The notes under the pieces: generated by a model | Database searches by the model: none | The model's input: only the letters and a program-made list of their open reading frames with translations | Told to the model about the DNA's origin: nothing | Shown: positions 22,871 through 34,736 of the stretch, piece after piece | How positions within the stretch are numbered: position 1 is the stretch's first letter | How the letters are laid out: each line of letters opens with the position of its first letter | Made by a program: the position numbers and the translations under genes | Assembly: GCF_001194135.2 (NCBI RefSeq) | Contig: NC_068986.1 | Span: 70,283,948 to 70,332,169 of the forward strand | Length of the DNA stretch: 48,222 bases | Direction: 5' to 3' | Origin: Octopus bimaculoides | Taxonomy: Eukaryota

Positions 22871-25379
22871 TAAATGTAGATCCAATATAATTGATTTCAA
22901 CCCCTCAATAATGAAACCATTTATTTTAAAAGTTCTACCATTCGCTAAAACCTTCATGCCTATGAGTGAATCAATCCCATCTAAAAGACATTAATATTAC
23001 CTTGCATACATGGAAACAGCTGTTGTTTTTTTTGATAATTTGACCTGGCTTAAGAAAAATGCTGATGAGTTACTTTACGCCCATATGGCTGTATTCGATG
23101 GAGATTACCTGTGTAATCATAGGAGCCTAAAAGCTTGCATTTTGCACATGGAATTTTTTAGTTAAGAGAATACTCTACAGAGACAACGGAATATGAGCAG
23201 CCTCAAATTCAAGTGATTTGGAAAATTTTTAATTAGGTTATTCAGAGGCAAGGGCTTCAAAATTACAATGAAAACTAACCTGGGCGTCACCTTTAGACTC
23301 AGAGACTGATAGGTCTAGTAGATTCAGCCTTTACAAGAAGCTGAAGGGGAAATTATATTCCAAATGCTCTAACCATTCATTTACTCTATCTTGGAGTTTA
23401 GCTTCCAATATAAGTGAGCGTGTCTCCTCCTTATCGGCTGATGAAATCACATTTAAAACAGCTTCAGCTTATTATAATGAGATACTCTGAGGTAGCAGCT
23501 TCCCAAATGAGATTTACTATATAACTAGATTTTGTGGGTCTAAGAATGGTAATAGAAATTAAAAAAACGGAAAATGTTAACCTTAATTTAAAAGGTAATT
23601 TAGCAAAGTTTTTCTTAAATGTCAGCACTCTTCACGAGACATACTCGTAAAACCTTCAACAGGATGCGTTAAAGTTAGCAATAAACTAGTATAAACTAGT
23701 AGAGGGCTCTCTTCGCTAAATAATAGCGTACAAGCCTCTACCTGGAATTATGTGGACCACCTCTGCAACTTTTTCCTCGATGGAATCCTTTGCTTAGCTA
23801 AATGAATAGTATAAGGCGCGAAAGTATAGATTATGATAGCCCTATATACACCAAATTAACAGGAACTCATTTTAAAATACGATTCCACATATATAAGAAT
23901 TTTAAAAATATTCGGATTAAAGGTTCCCACAAGTCCGACTAAGTACATTTGGTTCTTGACTGAATTCAGTTCGGATACCTTCAAGATAAACTAATTTACT
24001 CTCAAATATGCAAGCAAGTATGTATATGTGCACTATGTATGTATGTATGTATGTATGTATGTATGTATGTATGAATGATTCTTACTACTCTTCTGTTAAA
24101 CATCAGCTGTGTTTGGATGAGAAATTCTTAATTCTTTTTTTCTTCTTTTTTTTTCAGAATGAATTTTCTTTGAACCAAAAATTGGAATTACTAAATTTCT
24201 GGTAGTCACACACCAAGATTTTTGCTTTCTACCCATTTACTTACCTAATGGATGATGTAATCTACAACTTTTTGAACTGTCCTAGCAAATTGGAATACAT
24301 TGGATTTTATTGCTGCTAGCATATTGAACTTTGTGACCGTTTATCGCATTTTCTGCTTTCTGATTGCCTTTCATTGACTATTTTTTGATGCTCGAAATCC
24401 ATAAAAAAAACTTTTGTATTTGTTCCTGTTCTTGATAAAGAATTTTTTTTAAATTGTTCTTCATGTTCTCCTGCAGCTCAGCTGTTCCTTTTTTGAACGT
24501 TCGGCTCCCAGTTATATAATATTGACTTTTGTTTAGTTTTGTGTTGTTGCTTTGTTGTTGGTGGTGGTGGTGGTGGTTTATTTTTTCGTTTTTCAGTTCT
24601 TTCTTTTCCATTGCAGTGCTATGATACAGTAATTCTCATTTATTCGTGATTTCCTTTTTTTTTTAAATATTTTATGTCAGATAAGTTTATTTTAGATAAC
24701 GGTTTATATCTTTAAACAAACCACTGCCTCTACTCCCTGCAAGTGGCTAATTCTGCATCCTCTAAGCTCTATGCAATATAATCACGTTTTCTTTTTTCGC
24801 TTATTTTATAAATTGAATACAATCGTGTTTATGTGTGATTATCCGTGTGCATGTGTTGGTGTGTCTGTGCATTCATATGTATTATGCTATAAGATTTTGT
24901 GAAAATTTATCTGACGATATTTGTGTATTTATCTAATTATATGATATGAAAGGTACGAGAGCATGAAGTGCATGCATATGTATGTACTCTGTGTCTGTGG
25001 GCGTATGTGCATGCATATATTTATAAACAATATTCATATATGCATATGTGATACGCAAGATTACATATAAATTACGTAGGTGGATGATTGCATGTTTTTA
25101 CATGTGCGCATGTATGTATCTACGTACGTACGTATGAAAATATAGATATGTATACTCTTTTACTAGTTTCGCCCCTATCTGCGTGAGCATATTATTTATG
25201 TATGTGTTTATGTATACACGTAGATGTATGCATGTGTGTTTATAGACAGATAGATATATATACATTTTCTATATACATAGTAATGATGTGTTTTAACTGT
25301 TTATTTTATTCTGGAACAGATCACTTTTTCAAAGTTTTTTCTCTTTTGTCGCTTTTTTTTAATACTAGTCTTTCAAATC

Positions 25380-25740
25380 ACTATTTTCCTCGTAACTTAG
25401 ACACGTTTTACTTATTTTATTTTACCTGGTCTATGCCTGTCGTCTCTTCGATGATTTTTTTTCCTTATTCACACGATCTTATTATTTCTTCCCTTCGTCT
25501 TCTCTCTCTTGTCCCTACCCCTACTTCTCCTTCTCTCTCTATCAATCTCTATTTATTATCTAAGTTATATATCTATGTATTTTATATTATTTTATTAATA
25601 TGTTTATATTTCCTTTTAGAGGTATACGATTTATCCAAATAGAGCTTTTGTTTTCAATACTGTAGCCAAGCTTTGATAAATCAGTAGTTGACATTTGATT
25701 TCATTATTGCTTCTGATTACTTTTAAATATCTCTTTTACA
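25380..25740 (-). repeat. Unclassified repeat, homologous to 19420-19990
   Basis: See the 19681-19810 alignment. Confidence 0.5.
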
Positions 25741-25809
25741 TACCATCACTTATTAATCGCCTAGGATAAAAACGTATTCCTCAGTGTAACATGAAAGCCT
25801 GATAAAGTC

Positions 25810-26930
25810 CAGGGTTCGTCTCGAGATATCATCTCTTAAAGATGTATAGCGTTAAATATATGTATTAGGAATTGAATACTTTACAATTCATTCAACAAAA
25901 TAACTATTTCATGTTGGATATTATCTCTTTCAATCAAAAATTCGGAATTGGATGGCGACAGAAATAGCCCCAATCTACGGCAATTTACTTTAGAATTGCA
26001 ATGAATGAAGAATCACTACGAAAATACAAAAACTCTAATGAAAAGAACTAAAAAAAATTCTTGAAGATTACTTAAATTATTATTTTTTATATGTAGTAAT
26101 AATGTAAGTCAAGAACCAAATAGAGAAAGTTATATGTTACAAACCTACAAACTTGAAACAATATCTACTCTTTATTTCATGCAACCCGAACCATTCTAGA
26201 AGAAATACTCCAATTAATTTTTCTGAAAAGATATGGACAAGTGTGTTCTATAAACTTTAGGATACACTTACCAATGGACATTACCCACAATACTTAATAT
26301 GCATGGGCTACAACGAGACGATACAATTGCGTCCGGATACTAAGACAAGTAAAACAAATCACTACAACTGAAATGAAACTGTTATACGTCTCTACCTACA
26401 ATTTTAGAAACAACGAAGCCTATAATATTATCTGTGAAAATATACTGATGCTGAGAGAGGAAGCCAGGATGATTCGAATTCTGAAAGCACATATTATTAT
26501 AAAACGTAAAAAACTACAAAAAGAATATTTTAAAATGCTAGATTATATATTCAATAACAACAGAATCAACAGTCACAAGGTGTAGACTATCAGACTGTGG
26601 AATATGTTTTAACTTCTCCTAGGAATTGGAATTCTATTTTAAACAAGGACAGTGTTTCCAAGTGAAGAATGATTTTATCTATACGACCGGAAACTAATTT
26701 ATGTAATAACATGTTCAGAATGTAGAGGGAATTATGTAGGACTGACTAGAATGATTCTAAGAAAACAGATGACACTGCATAGACAGCAATATTAGATTTC
26801 CGGCTACAGACAAATATCTCTTAGTTAGCTATACATGCATGTGCTAGTAATCGCCAAGCAACGTTTAAACTTTTCCTTTATGTCAGTGTAGTGAAGGAAC
26901 ACCTGAACAACAGTGGGTCAGTAAGACATT
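25810..26930 (+). mobile_element. Decayed Penelope-like element (RT lacking a recognisable YxDD segment, Cys-rich linker, GIY-YIG)
   Basis: NNYFMLD..FNQKFGI/MATEIAPIYGNL, FLKIT, YKPTNLKQYLLFISCNPNHSRRNTP, RCRLSDCGIC, GQCFQVKNDF, LIYVITCSECRGNYVGLTRMILRKQMTLHRQQ. Confidence 0.8.
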
Positions 26931-27484
26931 TACATTAATAATAATTATAATAGCTGACACCGTGCCGTCAAAAATAACGGATAATTGTAGAATATTATAT
27001 ATAAATATGGATGGTAAATCAAATTAATACACTTGTCAATGTTATCTAGTAGTTGCATTTTGAGATGTGACATCGATCATCGTTTATTACTGAAAGAACG
27101 CTGATTCGCACATACAAATATTCACATACTTCCCCTGTACACGCACACATATACACACATATACTCGCACAGAGTTGAAACGCTGTTTGATTTTTCTTTT
27201 CAGCGTTGAATGGTCACCATTCCACTTCTATTGCACACGCACACACGCACACAAACATTCACATACCTCTCTTTTACATACACACACATATACTCACACA
27301 GAGTTGAAACGCACCCACTACCAGTTTGCCATCACCCCTTCCTTCCTTTTTCCTCTATCACCCCTTCCCTTCTCATTCGTGCGTTGTGACGGAGAAAAAC
27401 ACGAGTATTATTATAGTAGATGCATAGTTAATCAATGAGTTGACATACAATGAAATTATTTTATCATCATCATCATTATTTTTA

Positions 27485-27660
27485 TGGTGATGAGCTGAGA
27501 ATCGTTAGCACGCCGGGCGAAATGCTTAGCAATATTTCCACTGCCGCTAAGTCTTGTATTCAAATTCCGCCGAGGTCGACTTTGCCTTGAGGTCGATCTA
27601 ATCGACTGGCTCCTCCCCCAAAATTTCAGGCCTTGTGCCTATAGTAGAAAGGATCATCAT
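27485..27660 (+). mobile_element. SINE family B with internal deletion, followed by (CAT)n/(ATT)n
   Basis: Head to GACTTTGCCTT joins directly to GAGGTCGATCTAATCGAC. Confidence 0.85.
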
Positions 27661-27661
27661 C

Positions 27662-27712
<51 letters not shown>

Positions 27713-27995
27713 ATAGAAAGGATTGAAGTAACTCCTCCTGAAGATATAGAGTCAAAATTAAAAGAAGAGTGCCATTGTTATCTAGTGAACGATATTTCGA
27801 AATCTTGTGTGTCTTCAACTGGTTCAAAAAATAAATTTGTCAATCTACTTCATTTTAATTTAATTGGTTAATATATTNNNNNNNNNNNNNNNNNNNNNNN
27901 NNNNNNNNNNNNNNNNNNNNNNNNNNNNNNNNNNNNNNNNNNNNNNNNNNNNNNNNNNNNNNNNNNNNNNNNNNNNNNNNNNNNNNNNNNNNNNN

Positions 27996-28079
<84 letters not shown>

Positions 28080-29655
28080 ATAGAATACAAGGCGATTGGA
28101 GGTGGTCTGCGTTAGCAAGACTTGTATTATTTGAAAACAAAAGCGACAAAAAAAGAAAACGGTGAAATTGCCGTTTTCGACAAAGTACCTCTTCGAAGTT
28201 AAGATGACAAGAAGAAAAATGAAATACAAAACAAGGTTTTACTTCCTCTACGTTTTAGCAACTGGCCACAACTGACGGGGAACGCAAAACAACGTGAGTT
28301 TGCGTCGTTAATTAGATAGTTGTGGGAGAGAAAACTAGGCGACCGAAAGAGAGACAACGAGAAATGAAAATAGGAAGAGAAACGGGTGAAGGTGAGATAT
28401 AGGTAAAAGAGAAAAGCTGAATGATATGAACGGAAAGAAGCAGTAGAACGGAAATCATTTATTTAAACTCGTCAAAACCATGGTTCCTAGTTTGTATATG
28501 AAACGTTGCTCCTTTCGTTTCCTTAAATGTGCAGATCCAAGATGTGGAGAGACTCCACACACTGATAAATAGGTGATGGAATGGACCGTTGTTTTGAAAT
28601 GAGTAGCGACAGGTGGCCCGGCATGCGTAATTATGTGCTTCGAATATGTCCTCGAAAGTGATCGGCAAGGTGATGGTGTTTTCTCCCAGTGTAACGGTGC
28701 ATGGCTTAATGGTTAAGTTATTCGGCTTACAGTCGTAAAGTCGTGAGTTCGATTCTCGGTGATGTGTTGTATCCTTGAGTAAGGCACTTCATTTTCCGCT
28801 GCTCTAGTCCGCTTAGCTAGCAAAAATAGATTGTACCTGTATTTGAAAGAGCCAGCCTTGTCACATTCTGTATCACGCGGAATCTCCCTGAGAAATTAAA
28901 TGTTCGCGTGTCTGTGGAGTTCTGAACCACTTACACGTTAATTTCATGAGCAGGCTGTTCCGTTAATTTCATGAGCAGGCTGTTCCGTTAATCGTCGCCG
29001 TAACAGTTTTTAAAGTGCGTTACAATGTTTGCTGTTGGAAGATGTGTCACAGAAGTTTGGGGTATTCTCATACTGTTTATTGGGTGCAGTGATGGTTTTA
29101 GTGTTCTTAAAGAAGGAAACGATGTTGCTTCGTGAACGAGCGCATTTAAGAGTGCCTGGTTGTGTATGGCCGGATGCTACTGAGTTTCTAACTAGATTTC
29201 CGCACTATATTATCTTTCTTAAAGGTGAGTAGAGACGGTGCGAGAAAGACCAGAGCAGTTAGAGGGCCAGTGAGTGGGATTTTGAAGTTGTAAATGTGTT
29301 TCAATGATAAAATGGATGGGTGGAAGGTGAGAGAGAGTGAAATACGGTCTATAAGTGTACGTAAAGTGGGTAGGAGACCAGTGGTGTGGTCGATACCCTA
29401 TGTCTCACGAAGTTCAAGGTCCACAACATTCTTCAACATTAGAAATCTGAATCAATGCTGCAGAGTAGGCGAAGCTGGGGGAATTGAGAGAATGGTGTAA
29501 CAGATTTAGTATGCTTGGAGTGAGAAGTGTAGTGGCGATAGGAATGGAATTCAGTAGATATATAGCGGTTGTAAGTGGACAGGTGGATATTGTTAAAAGT
29601 AATGGAGATGTCGAAAAAACTAGCGATGTGTCGGATGAGGTAGAAGTTCAACCAC
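28080..29655 (-). mobile_element. Decayed Penelope-like element (RT C-terminus, Cys-linker, GIY-YIG, pyrimidine-rich 3' UTR), split by a SINE
   Basis: FFDISITFNNIHLST..HSKHTKSVTPFSQF..LRLLCSIDSDF; QPGTLKCARSRS; TSSN; then across the SINE YTG..HLADHFRGHIRS and PVATHF..SVCG..RKRKEQRFIYKLGTM..SLNK*. Confidence 0.82.
28696..29004 (+). mobile_element. tRNA-derived SINE family C with a 25-bp internal tandem duplication
   Basis: TGGCTTAATGG A box, GTTCGATTC B box. Homologous to 45931-46250. CGTTAATTTCATGAGCAGGCTGTTC repeated at 28936-28985. Confidence 0.88.
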
Positions 29656-29904
29656 CCATCTGAAAAGGATATTGTACTCACCGTCTATTGCTGTCAAAAG
29701 GTAATATACAGATGTAATGCCACCTGTCCTCATTAAAAATCAATATACTGATGTAGTGAGAACTGCAGCAGCCGAGCAACAATCTTTTCAAACATTCCAA
29801 AAACTGATCTGGCTGCAACAGATACAAAATCAAAGCCATGAGCATTAATACACAAGCTCACTGAAAATAAGACACAGTATAATCACTACTGACCCCCACT
29901 CAAA

Positions 29905-30380
29905 TGCCACATCAATACCAATGCTAAATGTCAGATGCCTGTCACAACTTAGTAATAGAAATAAAATTGTAAAATTTCCTGCTCGAGAGGTTTTGTAACA
30001 TGCAATCAAACATTTTGCATGACACCTAAGGAAGTGCATCTAACGAGAAATATAGCAGATAAGGAAATATACCGGCCAACTTTCATACTAGAAGCTAAGA
30101 GAGAAGTCAATGTGGAGCTGCCGTGTAGATGTCAAACCATTAATCCTGCTGTCACACTTAAACTCAGTTTGTGATAGACTAATAATAAATATAAATCAAG
30201 TCCATGTTTTTATATGCACTTATCTTCTACTGCGTGTCTTAAAATCATTATGATAAATTTAAAGATAGGTTTAGAAAGATAGAAAACCTATTAATCAAAC
30301 AACAAATATTGTTTATTAGGTGATTTCAATCTCTTTAATGTCAACTAGCGCGAAAACAACATTTCCAAGAATATCACTGC
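29905..30380 (+). mobile_element. Decayed CR1-group LINE AP-endonuclease domain
   Basis: MLNVRCLSQLSNRNKI, HLTRNIADKEI, CGAAV, NSVCDRLIININQVHVFICT, CLLGDFNLFNVN*. Confidence 0.7.
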
Positions 30381-31019
30381 ATGGACAAAGGTTAATAGAA
30401 TTTCTTCTTTATCTTTCTAATATGCTGTTTGTAGATCAATTTACATTCTAGTCAACCAGAGACTTGTCACAGAGGATTTGAACTCAGAATATATAGGTAG
30501 GTAACTAATACTGCTAGATATTTTGACTGGTGTTGTATCAAGTCTTCAGTCCACTACCCTATTTTATTCTGCAAAAACTTGGTCCAAGAGGTATTCATGT
30601 CACTTGTGCATTAAATAAGGAAAGTAGTCTAATTTAGTGTCTTCTTTTAGTGATTCAGAGAAAGATATACTATATTCTTCCTAAGTTCCATTTCCTAGTC
30701 GAAGAGAAATCTATCCGATATCGAAATACTCGGCGATAAGAGTATTGTGAGGGATCTAATTCGTTACAGTAGCAATTTGTATCTTACAATGGTACTAATT
30801 TGCAGCTGTGCTGACCTAGCGAAAGTAAGGTGTCTTACTGGTGATGTCTTATAAACAATTTACCCTTTGATTTGTCGTTTGAAACTTTAGCGACTTGACC
30901 GTCTGCGACTCGTGAGACATACGTAAAGGGTGAGAAAATGATAAATATAATTGTTTGAAATCAATCAATTTTGTTTTATATTTGAAGGTTAGCGATAAAT
31001 TAGCATTTATCCATTATTT

Positions 31020-31160
31020 ATAGTTCTCAGCATGAGATTTCACGGAAGAAGCGACGTCCTTGAAAGGACGATGTGGCACGAAGCCGTTATAAACATCTTA
31101 CCGATTGATCAGAATCAATCAGAACAAAAATGAAAAACCTCGAGAAAATGGTGCGAAATA
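31020..31160 (+). mobile_element. Possible Tc1-like transposase N-terminal remnant
   Basis: SQHEISRK and KGRCGTKPL..RLIR resemble the Tc1 HTH/GRPR-type region. No TIR pair found. Confidence 0.35.
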
Positions 31161-32323
31161 AGATTTGGACTTTCTTAAAGATACACTGAGAACATTAAAA
31201 TTATTTTTAACGAAAAATATTTTTTCTGCATTCATTTGCCCTATTTATGCTCATTTCGAGAATAGATATTGACAAAAACAGTAATTAGTTACGGCAATTA
31301 GTTTAATTCCATTGAGTTCAAAGTTCTCCATAGTCAGCTTTTTTTACTCCATTGACTATGTTGCAAATACTCTTGAGAAAGGCATGATTGTCATATGCTC
31401 TTGTTTGATCAGAAATCAGATTTCTATGCAAAAAACAATACTATAAACCATTTCTTCTATAAATTATTGAGGGTAAACTATATGAGCGTTAAATAATTAG
31501 TGGGCCACACAAAAAATAAATCACCCGACAGAAAAATGTTACAAACTTATTTAGATTCAACTCAAAAAGTATTACAAGAATCAACTATTTTCAGTTTTGA
31601 AACAGAATAATTTACTTTTTATTCTCTGTGTTATTATTCCTGATTTATTATCAATAATATTCTATCTGCTCTCTTTATATGCACTCCTGTTCTTGTTTGA
31701 CCAAACTAGCATTTAATGGGTCACAAATAACATTTTAATGACCTTTTCTTTTTACAGTTACGTAGATTAACTATTTGGTTTATAATTACTTTAGCTACTC
31801 TACTTCACATATATTATAAGAATGCCAAATTATTATTGATTACTAGCGCATCAATATTTGTGATTATCGTACAGTTCATACAGACTCAACACACATTCAC
31901 AAGCATCTATATTTCTCAATTTCTCCTTATTCATCAGGTTATCTTGGTTCTATATACAGCAGCTTTATTAAACAACTTGCAGTTAAGCGGGAAGTTTTGC
32001 CTAATTCTGAAGTTGTATCCGCGTTTCTTATTGTTTTGGCTTGATTTCGTTTGATAATCACTTCTTATTTTATTCACAATGTTGTTCATAACATTTTTCA
32101 TGTATCTTTGATTTGAAGTTGTTCTTATAAAATATTTCGTCGTACTTGTGGAGGAGTGAAAATTATGTTCTCCATAGATATTCCTAATAACATTAGTTGC
32201 TACATTCTAACTGAAACACCAGTTAAACCAGATGAGGCTATGATTTGGGTATTTGCTTGGTAGGAAGTTGATCTTTACTTCAAACTTACTTTTCTCTTGT
32301 ACATTATCTTATTTAAAAATATA

Positions 32324-32572
32324 TATTAGCGACAGAAGTAGTATTAATACCGAGAAGTAATACTTATCCCCGCTTAAACGTGGATGTTCTGTTAGAACCA
32401 AGTTTGCTGCGGTAGATACCATAAGAGAAATTCTTATCTTGGTTTTAGAGGCAAAATGCACCAGGAGCGTACATTTTGTACCAAAAGTAAATATGAGAAT
32501 TTCTATCGTGGTATCTACCGAAGTAAAGTTTATCCAAACAGAACATCCGCGTTTAAGTGGGCATAAATATTA
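32324..32572. mobile_element. Fold-back/MITE-like element with 80-bp inverted arms
   Basis: 32358-32437 versus the reverse complement of 32493-32572: 65/80 identical, 55-bp spacer. Confidence 0.8.
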
Positions 32573-33484
32573 TTTCATTAGTTTATAAGCTTTGGTGAGG
32601 TTGGTCCTAATAGAGAATATATTAAATATTTCACTTAAATTACTACACTGAATTTTTCAAGCATTTAGTGAAGGTTTCAGTGAAATTTCTTGATTATATC
32701 TATTAGGTTCCAGTTCAGCCTTATGGCTAATATTTTATAATTCCCATGTCGAATGTAACGACTAAGTTTAGCACAGTAAAGGTCCTAGACTCAATCCGTA
32801 ACTCATTTCGATTTCGGTTACTACTATTTGCGTTTCAATGCGTTTGCCAACTTTCGTGTAAAACTGAAGCTACGAGCTTCTATTGTTATTCATCCATCAC
32901 ATTCAATTATAACTATGCTGTTTAGTAACTGTCAATGACATTATGTTCATAGATAAATTCTTATGTGTTGGTATGTCTAATAAATATATATCGCTGTTTG
33001 TCTCGTTTTCTTGTCTCCCACTTGTACAAGCGCGCGCACATACACATGCATTTATCCGACACACACAAAATTTCTGTGTGTGTAGGGTAAATATGTGGAG
33101 GTTATTTATTTCTGTTAAAATATGCCTCTTTTATTTTGATGTCATTTCATTCACCAGACATCATCAATTAGATCAAATCAATAATGATTTCAAGCGGCAT
33201 ACAGTTAAGCATTTATAATTCAATGTTTGACTATGTTTTTTTCTCTTTTTCATTTTTTTCTTGTTTTGATTGGTACACTACCAGCCGTGTAACCATTTCC
33301 ACTTCCATTTTGTTTTGTCCAGTTTTCATTCATCTTAATTAGCTCATATAGTCGCCATTTCTGACAAACATTAAATATCGTGTCCAGTAAACACTGCGAT
33401 CCAGGGAAACTAGTGATGGTCCTCATCGGCAATTAGTGAATACAAACAGTTAGAGTAAACTAGTTTGTTGTTAGAAAAATGAAA

Positions 33485-33521
33485 CTTCTAACGTTTTGAG
33501 CAGTATACTTCGTCTGAGAGA
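33485..33521 (-). ncRNA. Degenerate minimal hammerhead-like motif
   Basis: Reverse complement UCUCU-CAGACGA-AGUAUACUGCUC-AAAA-CGUU-AGAAG; same layout as 14225-14261 with two core substitutions. Confidence 0.35.
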
Positions 33522-34410
33522 CTGATGCTCTTGATGGAAGCAAATAGACTTACTGGCAGTATTAACTACTCCCAATCTATCTTCGGCAACACTTTCAAAG
33601 TGCACTGACCGAAATGGTTGCCCCGCTTCTTCAAGGCAAGCCAATTTATGTTATTCTAAAATTATATGTTTCTGTATTGCAACTCTTGCTTCTACAATAA
33701 CTTAGATAGTATTAGGTCAATTTATATCTTACAGTTGTGCACAGCTTGAAGCGTTCGTTCGTATTGTATGAAGAGGTACCTTCTGGTATTGTATTTTAAT
33801 AAGACTGCTTTATCTCAGGCTACAATATCTATTATGTTCATTTATAAACAAAAAAGAAAACAGCAGATTGTGATTTCAGAGAAATTTGACTACTGTTTTT
33901 ACAAGGTCGTTCGACCACTTAGAGGCTCCCTCATTAGCTCAATTTTGATTTAGTTTTTCATTTAAGCGTTAGGAAATGAAATTAAGATTAAAACAGAAAT
34001 ATTTAACAGCTGCTCCATCAATAAATATTATTTACACTTAAATTGATCATGAGATCAAGAAGAAATTTCAGCTCTACCTTACGGTTATCATTATGCTGCT
34101 CCAATGACGACACGGCTTCAACAAGCGGAGGAAGTCCCATTCATTTAATATTCATCAATTTCAAATAGAAGTGAAGCCATGTATGTTAACGAAATTAAAA
34201 ATTCCGACAAGTCTTAAAGCAATTTTTTTTCCATCTAAACATTTTATTGAAAGCATTGCTGAATCTTCACTTCAAGAGATATCCTGCAAAGGTTGTGTTA
34301 GCAAATAAAAAGTTGAGTGGCATTTTTTGAATGTAAAATTAAAACAAATTAAAAACGGAAAATAATAAAAATGAAGCACAAAATATATTTTGCAAATTCA
34401 GAGAATATTA

Positions 34411-34505
34411 CTCAGAGTTCCACGTAACCGATCATCTGACAATCATGAGAATGATTGTTTTATTTCATCACGACTGTCTGGTGATCGGTTACATGAAACT
34501 CTGAG
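34411..34505. repeat. 95-bp TA-flanked hairpin (MITE-like)
   Basis: Arms 34411-34448 and 34468-34505 are 32/38 complementary, with TA on both sides. Confidence 0.75.
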
Positions 34506-34604
34506 TATCATTTTGTGAAGTCTCTTCAGCTTCTACAAAATACTATTTTACTTTTGGTATTGGTATTCGAGTACTACTTTCTCCACCTTTTTTCCACTAA
34601 TATA

Positions 34605-34730
<126 letters not shown>

Positions 34731-34736
34731 GTAAAA

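Larger units (their letters stand above)
20648..23995 (+). mobile_element. Near full-length decayed Penelope-like element (N-terminus, RT, C-terminal GIY-YIG), interrupted by a mariner and a SINE
   Basis: Colinear motifs: SKNVSIPSNKHYL, MRWHVYF, FGFKS, NISNTYKKS, ECLPKCTPFINIKNDRKPSFHN | NPAKTEIGIV, NSTSVVDWF | IIDFNPSI (RT motif A), MAVFDGDYLC, LYRDNG (23173-23190), CSNH...ERVSSLSADE, LDG..CLAK*IV, IYTKLTGTHFKIRF, TKYIWFL. Confidence 0.82.

Noticed and set aside
23426-23465. CTGATGAA...AAAACAGC hammerhead-like (also 23061, 21830, 18145)
   Set aside because: Explained by codons of the PLE or mariner ORFs (SADEITFKTA, ADELL, TDEEKW); stem II or GAAA is missing.
24330-24620. Possible third copy of the 19.7/25.6 kb repeat
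   Set aside because: Only a ~13-nt match (AAAGGCAATCAGA); the flanks do not align.
27150-27312. Direct repeat ACATATACTC(G/A)CACAGAGTTGAAACGC about 130 bp apart
   Set aside because: Only two units within CA-rich low-complexity DNA; local duplication, not CRISPR-like or LTR.
31495-31600. TAGTGGGCCACAC...TCACCC as a Tc1 TIR
   Set aside because: No matching second TIR found in the window.
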